IMG/VR virus record: IMGVR_UViG_3300026541_000038
Span: 1 to 49,129 of that record
Source of the DNA: a virus
Taxonomy: Duplodnaviria > Caudoviricetes
Length of the DNA stretch: 49,129 nucleotides
Strand: one strand, 5' to 3'
Shown: piece by piece, positions 1-8,639 of the stretch
How positions within the stretch are numbered: the first letter of the stretch is position 1
Layout of the letters: every line of letters begins with the position of its first letter
Program-made: the position numbers and the translations under genes
Notes under the pieces: generated by a model
The model's database searches: none
The model's input: only the letters and a program-made list of their open reading frames with translations
What the model was told of the DNA's origin: nothing

Positions 1-117
1 TACTGTGGCAATTGTTAGCTGTATTTTTCCAATCATTGTTGCCCTGTTTGCACTGGCCTCATCATAGAATAATGCATGAGGTAACTGCAAGCAAGCAACA
101 CAGTATTTTATTAGAGA
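1..117. repeat. Terminal direct repeat, left copy (circularisation overlap)
   Basis: Identical to 49013-49129; the portal ORF reads in frame through the junction. Confidence 0.97.
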
Positions 118-1407
118 CTCGTTCATTTTTACGAACTGGTCTACTTGTGGCTTGTAATCTACTGGATAATATACTATATCTTCAGGCTTTTCAATTAGTG
201 CATTAATTGCTGCAGGTACCATATTTCTTGATACTGCTTGATATTCTGCTTGCTTTTGTGCTGCAGTATTTCCTTGTGGTCTTACAATAAGTAATCCCAA
301 TCCAGCATAAGCTACTTCTGCCATCGCTCCAAAGTTTACACCGTTGTTCTTTCTAATTACTCTGAGAGCATCAATCATTGATATTGCCATTGAATCGCCA
401 TAGTTGTTTGCGTTGTGTGTGTTTGCTGCAAGAACTGAATTAAATAGATAAATTGAATCATAAGTTGGAACCATCTCAAATGCATTTCTCCATTGGAATG
501 ATTGTAATCTTCCAGTTTCAGGATTCTCTTTTATAATTCCCATATCTGCAGGATGAGCTGGTTTTATTGAGCTTGGAATTTCTGCCCATTTCTTACCGTT
601 TATCTCTACGGGTTTTTCATATCCAAAAACTAAAGCTCCTCGGTTGTATGTTAGTGCGTTTAAAATTAGTCCTGATATTTTTTCAGTAAATGAAACATCT
701 AGTTCTCCTGATTCATCAAATGATAACTGTCTATCAATAGATAATAAATCATGAATAATATTTTGATTCTCATCAATCTCTTTTTGATTTTTTTGTGAAT
801 CCTCATCGGGATTAATTAATTCTAGTTCTGGTTTGAATCCCTTTCCTACAATAAATTTCACTAGTGCCAAAAATAAAGATGAACCAATTGTAGAGCGTAG
901 CATTGCCTGAATTGCCCTGTAATCTAGTGACTGTAACGGATTAACTGAATATTGAAAATATGTTTTTGGATTTCTTCGTATTCTTGATTTTACTTGTGCA
1001 GCAGATAGAGGTATTCCAGTATTGGAGTTAACTGGTGATAATTGCATACTTGGAGTCCAGTTGTTCACTAGATCCTCATCGTACTCATCACCAAATCCCA
1101 TTACAGAATAATTAATTTTATTTCGTGTTCCTGTGATTGGTCCGCCTGCATGAGCAATCTGAATTTTTTTATCTCCCGTATTCTCATCTATTGTAGTTTC
1201 GACTAATCCATCAAAGCCTTGAGTTGTTGATGAAGTTCTTTTTGGTGTTCCCTCATTTTTATTAAATGGTGGTGTGTTTAGTGCCCTTCTAATTCTCCAG
1301 ACTTTAGTTCTATCTATCTTGAACTTTTTTGCAATCTCTGAATTTTTAATTAATGGATATTGTAAGATGTATGATTCAATTTTTTTATCTTGTTTAGTTT
1401 TGTTCAA
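1..1407 (-). CDS. Portal protein, N-terminal part, with N-terminal HTH (continues across the origin into 48647..49012); missed by ORF track
   Basis: Hand translation: open frame from TTG at 1407 (MNKTKQDKKIESYILQYPLIKNSEIAKKFKIDRTKVWRIRR...) to base 1, in frame with 48647..49102; ~590 aa in total; lies between TerL and protease; portal-like 'LQLPHALF..EASANRAT...INPMREWI' segment. Confidence 0.8.
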   Translation of the reverse strand, partial: MNKTKQDKKIESYILQYPLIKNSEIAKKFKIDRTKVWRIRRALNTPPFNKNEGTPKRTSSTTQGFDGLVETTIDENTGDKKIQIAHAGGPITGTRNKINYSVMGFGDEYDEDLVNNWTPSMQLSPVNSNTGIPLSAAQVKSRIRRNPKTYFQYSVNPLQSLDYRAIQAMLRSTIGSSLFLALVKFIVGKGFKPELELINPDEDSQKNQKEIDENQNIIHDLLSIDRQLSFDESGELDVSFTEKISGLILNALTYNRGALVFGYEKPVEINGKKWAEIPSSIKPAHPADMGIIKENPETGRLQSFQWRNAFEMVPTYDSIYLFNSVLAANTHNANNYGDSMAISMIDALRVIRKNNGVNFGAMAEVAYAGLGLLIVRPQGNTAAQKQAEYQAVSRNMVPAAINALIEKPEDIVYYPVDYKPQVDQFVKMNESLIKYCVACLQLPHALFYDEASANRATMIGKIQLTIATV

Positions 1408-1441
1408 TGAACGTTCACGAACTGTTTATGAGCAAACCATT

Positions 1442-1453
1442 AAGGAATTATTT
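1442..1453 (-). promoter_or_regulatory. Late-promoter motif (portal)
   Basis: AAATAATTCCTT 35 nt upstream of TTG 1407. Confidence 0.6.
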
Positions 1454-1548
1454 TGGACCATCTACTTCATACCATTCAGTTCCTCTTCTAACTAAAATTA
1501 ATGAAACATTTTCTGAAAGTTGAATATCTATCTTATGAATTAAATTTA

Positions 1549-1779
1549 TCAATTCCACATCTTATCCATTTGATATTTTATACTTGCAAACTTTTTGTGC
1601 CATAATGGATCATACTCAAAGAAAGCATAAGGCATCCAGTCTTTATCAGTTGAAATGTATGATCCAGTAGTGTATGATCCAGTAGTGTATGTTGTAGTTG
1701 ATGCATAAAATACACTTGGAGATCCCGTTAAGAAATAGTTAACAAAATTAGATCCATTTGTTAAATCGAAATTATCCAT
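1549..1779 (-). CDS. Hypothetical protein with TTGSY repeat
   Basis: ORF track; co-directional with neighbours. Confidence 0.6.
   Translation of the reverse strand: MDNFDLTNGSNFVNYFLTGSPSVFYASTTTYTTGSYTTGSYISTDKDWMPYAFFEYDPLWHKKFASIKYQMDKMWN
1656..1691. repeat. 15-bp tandem repeat (TGTATGATCCAGTAG x2.4)
   Basis: Seen directly; encodes YTTGS repeats. Confidence 0.85.
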
Positions 1780-1781
1780 TT

Positions 1782-1982
1782 CTATGCTACTGACTGTGCA
1801 GATACTACAAGAACTGCTTTTGTTTTTGTACCAGTTGGTGGAATTATTTGTATATGGACTAGTGGATAAGTTGCAATTGGGAACAATGCCGATGCAAAAG
1901 CTTGGATTACTGCTGTATCTGCTACTCCATCAGCATCCACAGTAATTGGAGATGTTGCAAGTACAATTTCTCCGGCTGCCAT
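1782..1982 (-). CDS. Small putative virion protein
   Basis: Ala/Val/Thr-rich; late-promoter motif 26 nt upstream. Confidence 0.65.
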   Translation of the reverse strand: MAAGEIVLATSPITVDADGVADTAVIQAFASALFPIATYPLVHIQIIPPTGTKTKAVLVVSAQSVA

Positions 1983-2007
1983 GAAATCTTATTTGTGTAA
2001 TTGTTTA

Positions 2008-2019
2008 AAGGAATTATTT
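2008..2019 (-). promoter_or_regulatory. Late-promoter motif
   Basis: 26 nt upstream of ATG 1982. Confidence 0.65.
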
Positions 2020-2169
2020 CTTGAAAGATTTTGGAAAATCCATTTTACCTAATTCTGAATAGAGAGCATCTAGAGACATATTTTTCGAAAGTTCAATTTC
2101 TTTTTCCGTTGCTATTTTTCTTTCTTCTGGAGACATTTTTTTATATTCTTCAATAGTATGCCATTTCAT
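2014..2169 (-). CDS. Hypothetical 51-aa protein (MKWHTIEEYKK...)
   Basis: Hand translation; below ORF-track cutoff. Confidence 0.55.
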   Translation of the reverse strand: MKWHTIEEYKKMSPEERKIATEKEIELSKNMSLDALYSELGKMDFPKSFKK

Positions 2170-2306
2170 AATTTATTGATACTCTTACTTGTTAAAATTA
2201 GTTACTAAAATGAGTCGTCCCCTTTCGTGTACACTACTAAGTTATTCGACTCTAGATACTATTGTCATAATACCTATGATTAGTGTAGATATTACTTGTT
2301 AAAAAA

Positions 2307-2456
2307 TTATTCGAATAATGACAATCCACGTTTGTCTAGTTTTACACCATTGATTAGATCATCTGATTTTGTAACCAGTGAGCCACCAACATGTGAGCCA
2401 TCACCTTTCTCAATCAGTCTCTTATTTTTAGTGAATTTTACTTCTGTTTCTTCCAT
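2307..2456 (-). CDS. 49-aa protein sharing a KG..HVGG.L motif with the TerL C-terminus
   Basis: Hand translation MEETEVKFTKNKRLIEKGDGSHVGGSLVTKSDD...; start abuts upstream stop. Confidence 0.6.
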   Translation of the reverse strand: MEETEVKFTKNKRLIEKGDGSHVGGSLVTKSDDLINGVKLDKRGLSLFE

Positions 2457-2457
2457 A

Positions 2458-2808
2458 TTACCACCACTTTAATTTCTCAGGGATTTCATTCTTTTCATAA
2501 ACTCGGCCTCTATTTTCTTCCTTGAAAAAATCTACCAGTTGTGATAATTTTTCAATCTTATTCAAAAAGTCAGATTCTGAGCCCTGTATTTCTGATAATA
2601 TTTCAACAAGTTTATCCTCATCAGGTATTTTGATGTGTGAATTTTTGCAAACATCAAGGGTCATTTGAATATTCTTTGAGAGTATTAGTCCCATAGAGTT
2701 TAGTGTTTGTCGTAACTTTAGAATCTCGATAAACATTTGATCTTTTTGTTCGTCTGTGAAATTACTCTCTTTAAACATTATTTTGTCCTGTTCAGTTCTT
2801 TTTCCCAT
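2458..2808 (-). CDS. Hypothetical protein
   Basis: ORF track; in the TerL operon. Confidence 0.65.
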   Translation of the reverse strand: MGKRTEQDKIMFKESNFTDEQKDQMFIEILKLRQTLNSMGLILSKNIQMTLDVCKNSHIKIPDEDKLVEILSEIQGSESDFLNKIEKLSQLVDFFKEENRGRVYEKNEIPEKLKWW

Positions 2809-2978
2809 TCTTCGGAAGTTCTACCAAAATAAGCATGTTCTAAAAATGGTGACAAATTCATATTCTTTAATTGTTCTAATGTTAACGTGTGAGTTTTTCG
2901 ATCTGGATTTGTTGGAATCTTGGAACTAATTCCTCTCATAATTTTATACGGATCAACAAAGTATGTTTTTTCCATCAT
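2778..2978 (-). CDS. Hypothetical protein
   Basis: Start overlaps TerL stop. Confidence 0.6.
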   Translation of the reverse strand: MMEKTYFVDPYKIMRGISSKIPTNPDRKTHTLTLEQLKNMNLSPFLEHAYFGRTSEEWEKELNRTK

Positions 2979-4804
2979 ACCATATCAGAAGCATCAAACC
3001 TATTTGTCTTTTTCGTCATGTCCAGTCCGCCACCAACATGTCCAGTATGTGATCCTTTGAAGATGTGCCAAGCAATCAAAGCATAGTTGCATGCTTGTAG
3101 TGCGTCATCAGGCCTACTATCTGCATGAATGTATTTGATGTATGTCTGACCACTTGATTTAACTCTAGCCTTTTCTCCCTCAATTGCAACAAATTGCTTT
3201 ACCAACCATTTGAGTTTTTCTTGGTCTTTTCCTGGTAAAATTATTCTGTTAGATACAAAGTCCTTATCCTTGTGTGGATGCTTTATCAAATGAATTACTC
3301 TGTCTATTGAGAATGATCTATCAATATTATATCTAAATTCTAAAGATTGTTTAATTTCTTCTTTTATTGTTGGTAATGGTGCTTCGGGTCTTTCTAAATA
3401 AAATATTCTTCGAGACCTATTACCATAACGTTTTACAATTTTTTGTACTCTGTCAGAAGCACCACCTATATCTACTCCAATAAAGTCAGGCTCATAGACA
3501 TCTATTAGATTTTTACATATTTCCCACTGTTCCTCGGTATCTCCTGTATCAACTTTTTCGACCCATAGTAATTTGAAGATAGGTGCTTTCTCATCAATGC
3601 ATTGCCATATCCATACGATAGTTTTACCACCACCACCCCAGTCGATTCCAACAATTACAGATCCTGCCTCGTAATCTACATCATCAGCTTTAGTTAGTGA
3701 CATGTTCTTATCAAATAATGCAATCATCATCTTTTCTGTAATTGGCTTTAACTCACCCTGTACATTTTCAGCTAGAATGTTTCGTCTGTATAATATCGAA
3801 TTAAAGTTTGGATCATGATACCTCTTCCATTGTATTGAAAATTCAGGTGATGTTTTGTAATCAGTTATTGCACTCTCCATAGTTAATGGTATTCTTGGGT
3901 TTTGTAATTGTGATAGATGGTACCCATGTCTTGAGTAATTCTTTGGCCTTTGTGGAACATACTCACCATCTAGTACGTCAAGCATATACTCATCATAAAT
4001 TATTCCCTCATCATTAAATTGTAAATCAGCCCTCCATGACATGTCAGGGTGTTTCATAAAATTCTCGCTTCTCTTGTAAACCCATTCTCGTTGATCTGTA
4101 GTTTTCCAAATGTTATCATATTCTGTATCAGTAAATCCACCCACTCCCCAAATATCCACATCACCAAATGTATCTGATTGTGCATCTCGTGCATTTTGAA
4201 ATCCATCCCAATCATGATCCTGTGCTTCATCTACTTTCATTTTCATAGGACTTTTTCCCTGAATGTTCTGCCATTGTGGTCCAGGCAACATCATATCTAT
4301 TACTGAACGTGTGTTAGTTACTACTCTCTCCATTGAACCTAGTCTGCCACTAGCTGATTTGATATATTTTGATAAGGGCCATGTACCAAATACATCTTGT
4401 CTGAATTTGTTTTCTGAGAATGTTTTGAGGTTAGGCTCTTTAAAATTTAGATACACTTGATCATAATCATAATGTGTTGTTGCATCATATGCTAAATCAG
4501 ATCCTATCATTGTAGTCTTAAACCACTGTCTAGCAATTACACCCATTCTAAACGGATGCTTGTCTTGAACTATTGCTTTTAGCATTGGTAAATATTTTAG
4601 CCTGTTAGGAAAACCCTTAATTTTAGGTCTGCAGTAATACTCCCATTCTAGTCTATCTTTAGGGAGAGGTGGTAATTCTGATTCTAACTCTTGCTGTGAC
4701 TTTTGATTGATTCTACGTTCTAAATTTCTTTTCTCAGTGATTTCGTCACGTTGATCAGATTTGATAGAACTATGTAAGATTGGCGAATAATCTAATTTTC
4801 TCAT
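2975..4804 (-). CDS. terL: Terminase large subunit
   Basis: Variant Walker A (IARQWFKTT), Walker B (MKVDEAQD), RNase H-like nuclease motifs (VGIDWGG, GVDIGG, PDDALQA); 609 aa. Confidence 0.88.
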   Translation of the reverse strand: MRKLDYSPILHSSIKSDQRDEITEKRNLERRINQKSQQELESELPPLPKDRLEWEYYCRPKIKGFPNRLKYLPMLKAIVQDKHPFRMGVIARQWFKTTMIGSDLAYDATTHYDYDQVYLNFKEPNLKTFSENKFRQDVFGTWPLSKYIKSASGRLGSMERVVTNTRSVIDMMLPGPQWQNIQGKSPMKMKVDEAQDHDWDGFQNARDAQSDTFGDVDIWGVGGFTDTEYDNIWKTTDQREWVYKRSENFMKHPDMSWRADLQFNDEGIIYDEYMLDVLDGEYVPQRPKNYSRHGYHLSQLQNPRIPLTMESAITDYKTSPEFSIQWKRYHDPNFNSILYRRNILAENVQGELKPITEKMMIALFDKNMSLTKADDVDYEAGSVIVGIDWGGGGKTIVWIWQCIDEKAPIFKLLWVEKVDTGDTEEQWEICKNLIDVYEPDFIGVDIGGASDRVQKIVKRYGNRSRRIFYLERPEAPLPTIKEEIKQSLEFRYNIDRSFSIDRVIHLIKHPHKDKDFVSNRIILPGKDQEKLKWLVKQFVAIEGEKARVKSSGQTYIKYIHADSRPDDALQACNYALIAWHIFKGSHTGHVGGGLDMTKKTNRFDASDMV

Positions 4805-5273
4805 TTAGTTGGTCCTCATCAATCTTTGTAAATTCCATTTCATTAATGTGGTATTTGCCATCGGTTGTAAGGTGATAGATTGTCTCCTCAAGTGATGCGA
4901 TTCTTTGGCCTAGTTCAATTTGTAAAATTTTGAATCTTGCACATGCTTGGAATTTACTATCCCCCTTAGCCTTGTTTAGCATTTCACGAATATCAATACG
5001 GTCATCTTGTAATCTGTCATGCTCATTTACTAAATTTGCTAGTCTGCCTCTGGTAATTGATGTTGCTCTTTCCTTTACTTTTGTGTTCATGATGTTTAGT
5101 TTGTAATAGTAAGATGATTTTGTAATTAGTTTGGTTGGATTCATTGTGAATAGTTCACCCTCTTTGATAACCTGATAGCCTAATCTTAAATTGACATAGT
5201 TTAGTTTTTCTTTTACTGTACGATAATCTCTTTCAGCAATTACGATATTTTTTTCAATATCATCTAATCTCAT
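4770..5273 (-). CDS. Putative terminase small subunit
   Basis: Directly upstream of and overlapping TerL; helical; late-promoter motif 26 nt upstream. Confidence 0.5.
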   Translation of the reverse strand: MRLDDIEKNIVIAERDYRTVKEKLNYVNLRLGYQVIKEGELFTMNPTKLITKSSYYYKLNIMNTKVKERATSITRGRLANLVNEHDRLQDDRIDIREMLNKAKGDSKFQACARFKILQIELGQRIASLEETIYHLTTDGKYHINEMEFTKIDEDQLNEKIRLFANLT

Positions 5274-5298
5274 GCCTATTTTTTAGGCTGAGTTCACA

Positions 5299-5310
5299 AA
5301 AGAATTATTT
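5299..5310 (-). promoter_or_regulatory. Late-promoter motif AAATAATTCTTT (terminase operon)
   Basis: 26 nt upstream of ATG 5273. Confidence 0.7.
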
Positions 5311-5399
5311 TGAATCTATTAGGAATTAATCATCTAGCTTGAAAAGTCTAGTGTGTGTAGGCGTGATATTATTTTGGATAAAAAAGAGAGTGTTAGTCT

Positions 5400-5789
5400 C
5401 TAGAGGTCTTTGATGTCTTTACCTGTAGCATTCTTAATTATACTTCCTAAAAAATTCATACCATCTAAATCAGTCACATTGTCTTTTTGAGAATTGTAGA
5501 ACTTTATTATCTCATCTACTATCTTTTGATTCTGATCTATCTTTTCATGTCGTTTTAGTTCCTCTTTGACGTATTTTTGTAATTCTATAGGATTTATGAT
5601 TTCAGGAAGAGGGATATTCTTAGAGTCTTGTATCTCCTGTATCTGTTTGTTTACTAGCTTTTCTTGTGTCTTTTTTACTGCTTGGAGTATTTGTTCTAAC
5701 ATGAAAGATTCTGTGTATTCAGTTTCATTTCCGCTAAAATCTAAAGGAGTAGTTATCATTCCTGTTTTATCGTCTATCTCGAATTTCAT
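5400..5789 (-). CDS. Hypothetical protein sharing modules with 7928..8158 and 14171..14617
   Basis: ILQAVKKTQ and NQ.IVDEI segments shared. Confidence 0.65.
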   Translation of the reverse strand: MKFEIDDKTGMITTPLDFSGNETEYTESFMLEQILQAVKKTQEKLVNKQIQEIQDSKNIPLPEIINPIELQKYVKEELKRHEKIDQNQKIVDEIIKFYNSQKDNVTDLDGMNFLGSIIKNATGKDIKDL

Positions 5790-5999
5790 TTCTTTAGATC
5801 CTCTAATTTTTTTTCTAAGAGTTGTTTTATGTTTGGAATATTCTTGTATGCACCAGGGATGATTAGTTGTACTTTATCTGTCCAGTATTTTGTTTTTTCA
5901 TTCATTTTTTTTCCTCAGACGATTCTATTGCAGTTCTTCACCACATAGATTATTATCCGATGTATAGAATTGGAATTACTCATTATTAAAAGATCAAGT

Positions 6000-6160
6000 A
6001 ACTATGGGGAACTCGTTAGCTATCCCCTATAGCGTGAGCAAGAGTTCAAAAATTTCACTTACGAGTTCCACGTAATATGATAGTTGTACTGTCTTAAAAG
6101 TAATGCCTGACACCCCACACTCACAAATTGTGGAACTCATAAGGAGTGAGGCATCAGACG
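6000..6160 (-). ncRNA. Candidate structured (pseudoknotted) ncRNA
   Basis: GC-rich intergenic island; two 14-bp helices that need G-U wobbles available only on the minus strand; TATA-like TTAAATA at 6186-6180. Confidence 0.6.
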
Positions 6161-6235
6161 TTTTTTATTGAAAAATTTCTATTTAACCTAATTATCTAAT
6201 TTAGTCGTAAAGTATTTCTAGTAAAGATGAACTTC

Positions 6236-7216
6236 TTAATTATTTACCTGGTCTAATATTATTTGAGGCAAATCTACTTTCACCTTACAATTAGGACATT
6301 TGTGAGTCTTGATGATATGCTGAATTCTCTCCTTGTATAATGGGATATGACAGTCACTGCATTTTGGTATGTGTTGTGGTGGCATCATATTATTGCAGTC
6401 AAAGCACACCCAAGAGGTAGTATGATCTGATGGTCTCACGTTAAAAGACATGCATTCACTACATCTTGTTCCTGTGTATCTTTCATAAAGTGCAAAGTCT
6501 CTATTTGTTGGTTTTAGTAGGTATAATTGAGATTGCGGTCCACCTGTTTGAAATTTAGTAGCTTGTTTTTGTGTTAGAAATTTATTTTGTTCCTTCATGT
6601 GCATTAAAATTACTTCTTGGAATATTAGTCCGCACTTGTTTGTATTGCCCATTACAGTAGCAAGGCATTCAAGTAAAAATAATTCGGTATTTTGTGGTAT
6701 CTTTGTTTTGTTGTCTATCACATTTTTACAGTTATACATCATTGTTTCTTGTTGAAAATAAAATTCTCTCATTTCTTTTTTTCCAAAAATATTTTCTAGT
6801 TCATCACAATTTTGTGATTTTTCTTTGATGGTTCTGCAAATGTCTATAATACTATCACAGAGTAACACCATCTTATCATTTTTAGTATTTATAGAACTAT
6901 TATCTGATTGCCCTAGGGCAATTTCTTCATTAACAGAATTTAAAACATAACCAGCTGTTCTTCCGGTTCTATAAAAATAACCAGACCTTGTCCAATTAAA
7001 ATCTTCTCTAACAACATCTTGATTGTATTTGTTCCATAAACTTTCTTCAATGTCATTTGCAACTTTAGCCCAAATTTTTTCTTTTTCATATCCTTCTACT
7101 TCTAATGCAACACCCATTTTTAGCCATAAATCTTGTGATGATAATGCTTTGTCATTTTCTAATTCTATTACTTGATTTAACAAGTGTACATAATCAGAAT
7201 TTAGTTTAAGACTCAT
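6236..7216 (-). CDS. Protein with C-terminal multi-CxxC zinc fingers (possible regulator)
   Basis: CSEC, CFDC, CSDC, CPNC motifs; last gene of the early block. Confidence 0.7.
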   Translation of the reverse strand: MSLKLNSDYVHLLNQVIELENDKALSSQDLWLKMGVALEVEGYEKEKIWAKVANDIEESLWNKYNQDVVREDFNWTRSGYFYRTGRTAGYVLNSVNEEIALGQSDNSSINTKNDKMVLLCDSIIDICRTIKEKSQNCDELENIFGKKEMREFYFQQETMMYNCKNVIDNKTKIPQNTELFLLECLATVMGNTNKCGLIFQEVILMHMKEQNKFLTQKQATKFQTGGPQSQLYLLKPTNRDFALYERYTGTRCSECMSFNVRPSDHTTSWVCFDCNNMMPPQHIPKCSDCHIPLYKERIQHIIKTHKCPNCKVKVDLPQIILDQVNN

Positions 7217-7231
7217 GCTCCCCGATGTTAG

Positions 7232-7726
7232 TTATGCTGTTTTAATTAATATGCGTTGACTTTTAGTTTTGTGATTTTGGTAATAGATTTTATTATTTTT
7301 CTTGAATCTCTTTTTGTTATTTGTTTGCCATGCTCTTACAGATATGTTTGAACAAATTCTGCATCTTCTTCCATTTTGTATAAGATATGTATTCTCAGGT
7401 GTAAATTCATGACCTCTAATGCAATGTGTTTTGCGTGAGTTGATTGCAGATGGTGCAGAGCTGTCATGGTCTAACACATTTTCTTTGTGGGTTCGTTGCT
7501 GTAGGTGTAGAGGGTTTGAACATGTACGATTATAACATAAATGATGAATCCTTAGATTATGAGTTATTTCTCCATGATAATATTCATAGATGAATCGATG
7601 GACGAGTGCCATTTTACCATCAACACTAAATCGTCCATATCCATTATTATTTTTACTAGATGTCCATTCCCAGCAACCTTTATCGTTTATTTGAATTTTG
7701 TTGAGGAATCTCTCAATTACAGACAA
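7232..7726 (-). CDS. HNH endonuclease with C-terminal KTHC..GH zinc/DNA-binding module
   Basis: CWEW...GYG...HR...HLCYNRTCSNPLHL...EN; KTHCIRGHEFTPENTY. Confidence 0.9.
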   Translation of the reverse strand: MSVIERFLNKIQINDKGCWEWTSSKNNNGYGRFSVDGKMALVHRFIYEYYHGEITHNLRIHHLCYNRTCSNPLHLQQRTHKENVLDHDSSAPSAINSRKTHCIRGHEFTPENTYLIQNGRRCRICSNISVRAWQTNNKKRFKKNNKIYYQNHKTKSQRILIKTA

Positions 7727-7931
7727 TGTTATCGATTCTCTCTTTGTGTTTAGCTTTGTATTTACTGTTTCGTGGTTTTGTTCTTAATCTAACTTTGCAA
7801 CAAGGACACAGTAAACCATTCCACTTTACAAAAATCTCACAGCTCTGGCATCTCTTCTGTCCACTGCTGTATCTTCCTTGAGATGGTGAACCTGTAGCCT
7901 TGTAATCTTTGCAAATTCCTCTACAACTCAA
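7713..7931 (-). CDS. Cys-rich zinc-finger protein of a family typical of Nitrososphaerota
   Basis: CxGxC...GRYxxGQKRCQxCEIFxKWxGLxCPCCxxRLRTKPR pattern, recognised from memory. Confidence 0.75.
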   Translation of the reverse strand: MSCRGICKDYKATGSPSQGRYSSGQKRCQSCEIFVKWNGLLCPCCKVRLRTKPRNSKYKAKHKERIDNIVCN

Positions 7932-8158
7932 TTATTTTCACCTTGAACTTTATTGTAATTCTGTCTTGCGTGGATTTCATTTTGTGTCTTTTTTACTGCT
8001 TGAAGTATTACTTCTAAATCTTTAAGATCGGGATGTAAAACTGCTACGTCATTTTTTCCAACTGGAATCTTACACATGAATCCATCCCTAGATATACGAA
8101 AATACAATACATTTTCATTCCATATTTTTTCATTCATTTTCTTTTTCCTCCTTAACAT
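7928..8158 (-). CDS. Hypothetical cassette protein (true start probably ATG ~8137)
   Basis: Bounded by dyads 7941 and 8149; GGAGG RBS. Confidence 0.65.
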   Translation of the reverse strand: MLRRKKKMNEKIWNENVLYFRISRDGFMCKIPVGKNDVAVLHPDLKDLEVILQAVKKTQNEIHARQNYNKVQGENN

Positions 8159-8429
8159 TTGTAAATAACTGTCTTGCGTGAGTCATGCTTTAGCTAATTC
8201 CTGTATTTCAAGTCTTATTTCTTCACAATATTTTTCATAATAATTTAATGTAGATTTCAATAATACTATTTTATTCCATCTAACATCAATGTCATCCATT
8301 ATTTTTCCTCCGAAATCTTTGGTTGGAACTGTTTTGCGTAAGCATTATTTATTCGAAGTTGAATTATAGAAGGAGGGGTAGGATCAACATTTAGAAGTGT
8401 TCTTACTTCATCTATTGAAATATAATCAC

Positions 8430-8639
8430 TCAATTCTCAACATCCTCCCCAGCATAAAATCCCACTAATGGAGAATTATCATAACCTTTAGGATAGGTTT
8501 TTGGTTCTATTGTTTTAGCATTCATTAGTTTGTATTCTATATTTTGTGGAACTGGTGCTTTGAAGTCTCCAGTCGTTTCTATAGTAACAAAAGCAAATTT
8601 GTCTATTTTTTCACCTGCATCAAATCCGTATGTAATCAA
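8430..8639 (-). CDS. Hypothetical cassette protein
   Basis: Starts immediately after dyad 8640-8669. Confidence 0.6.
   Translation of the reverse strand: MITYGFDAGEKIDKFAFVTIETTGDFKAPVPQNIEYKLMNAKTIEPKTYPKGYDNSPLVGFYAGEDVEN

Noticed and set aside
1-117. 117-bp terminal repeat as a physical DTR
   Set aside because: It falls in the middle of the portal gene; more consistent with assembly overlap of a circular or permuted genome.
2205-2280. Hammerhead or twister ribozyme
   Set aside because: GAAA is present but there is no CUGANGA core or twister consensus.
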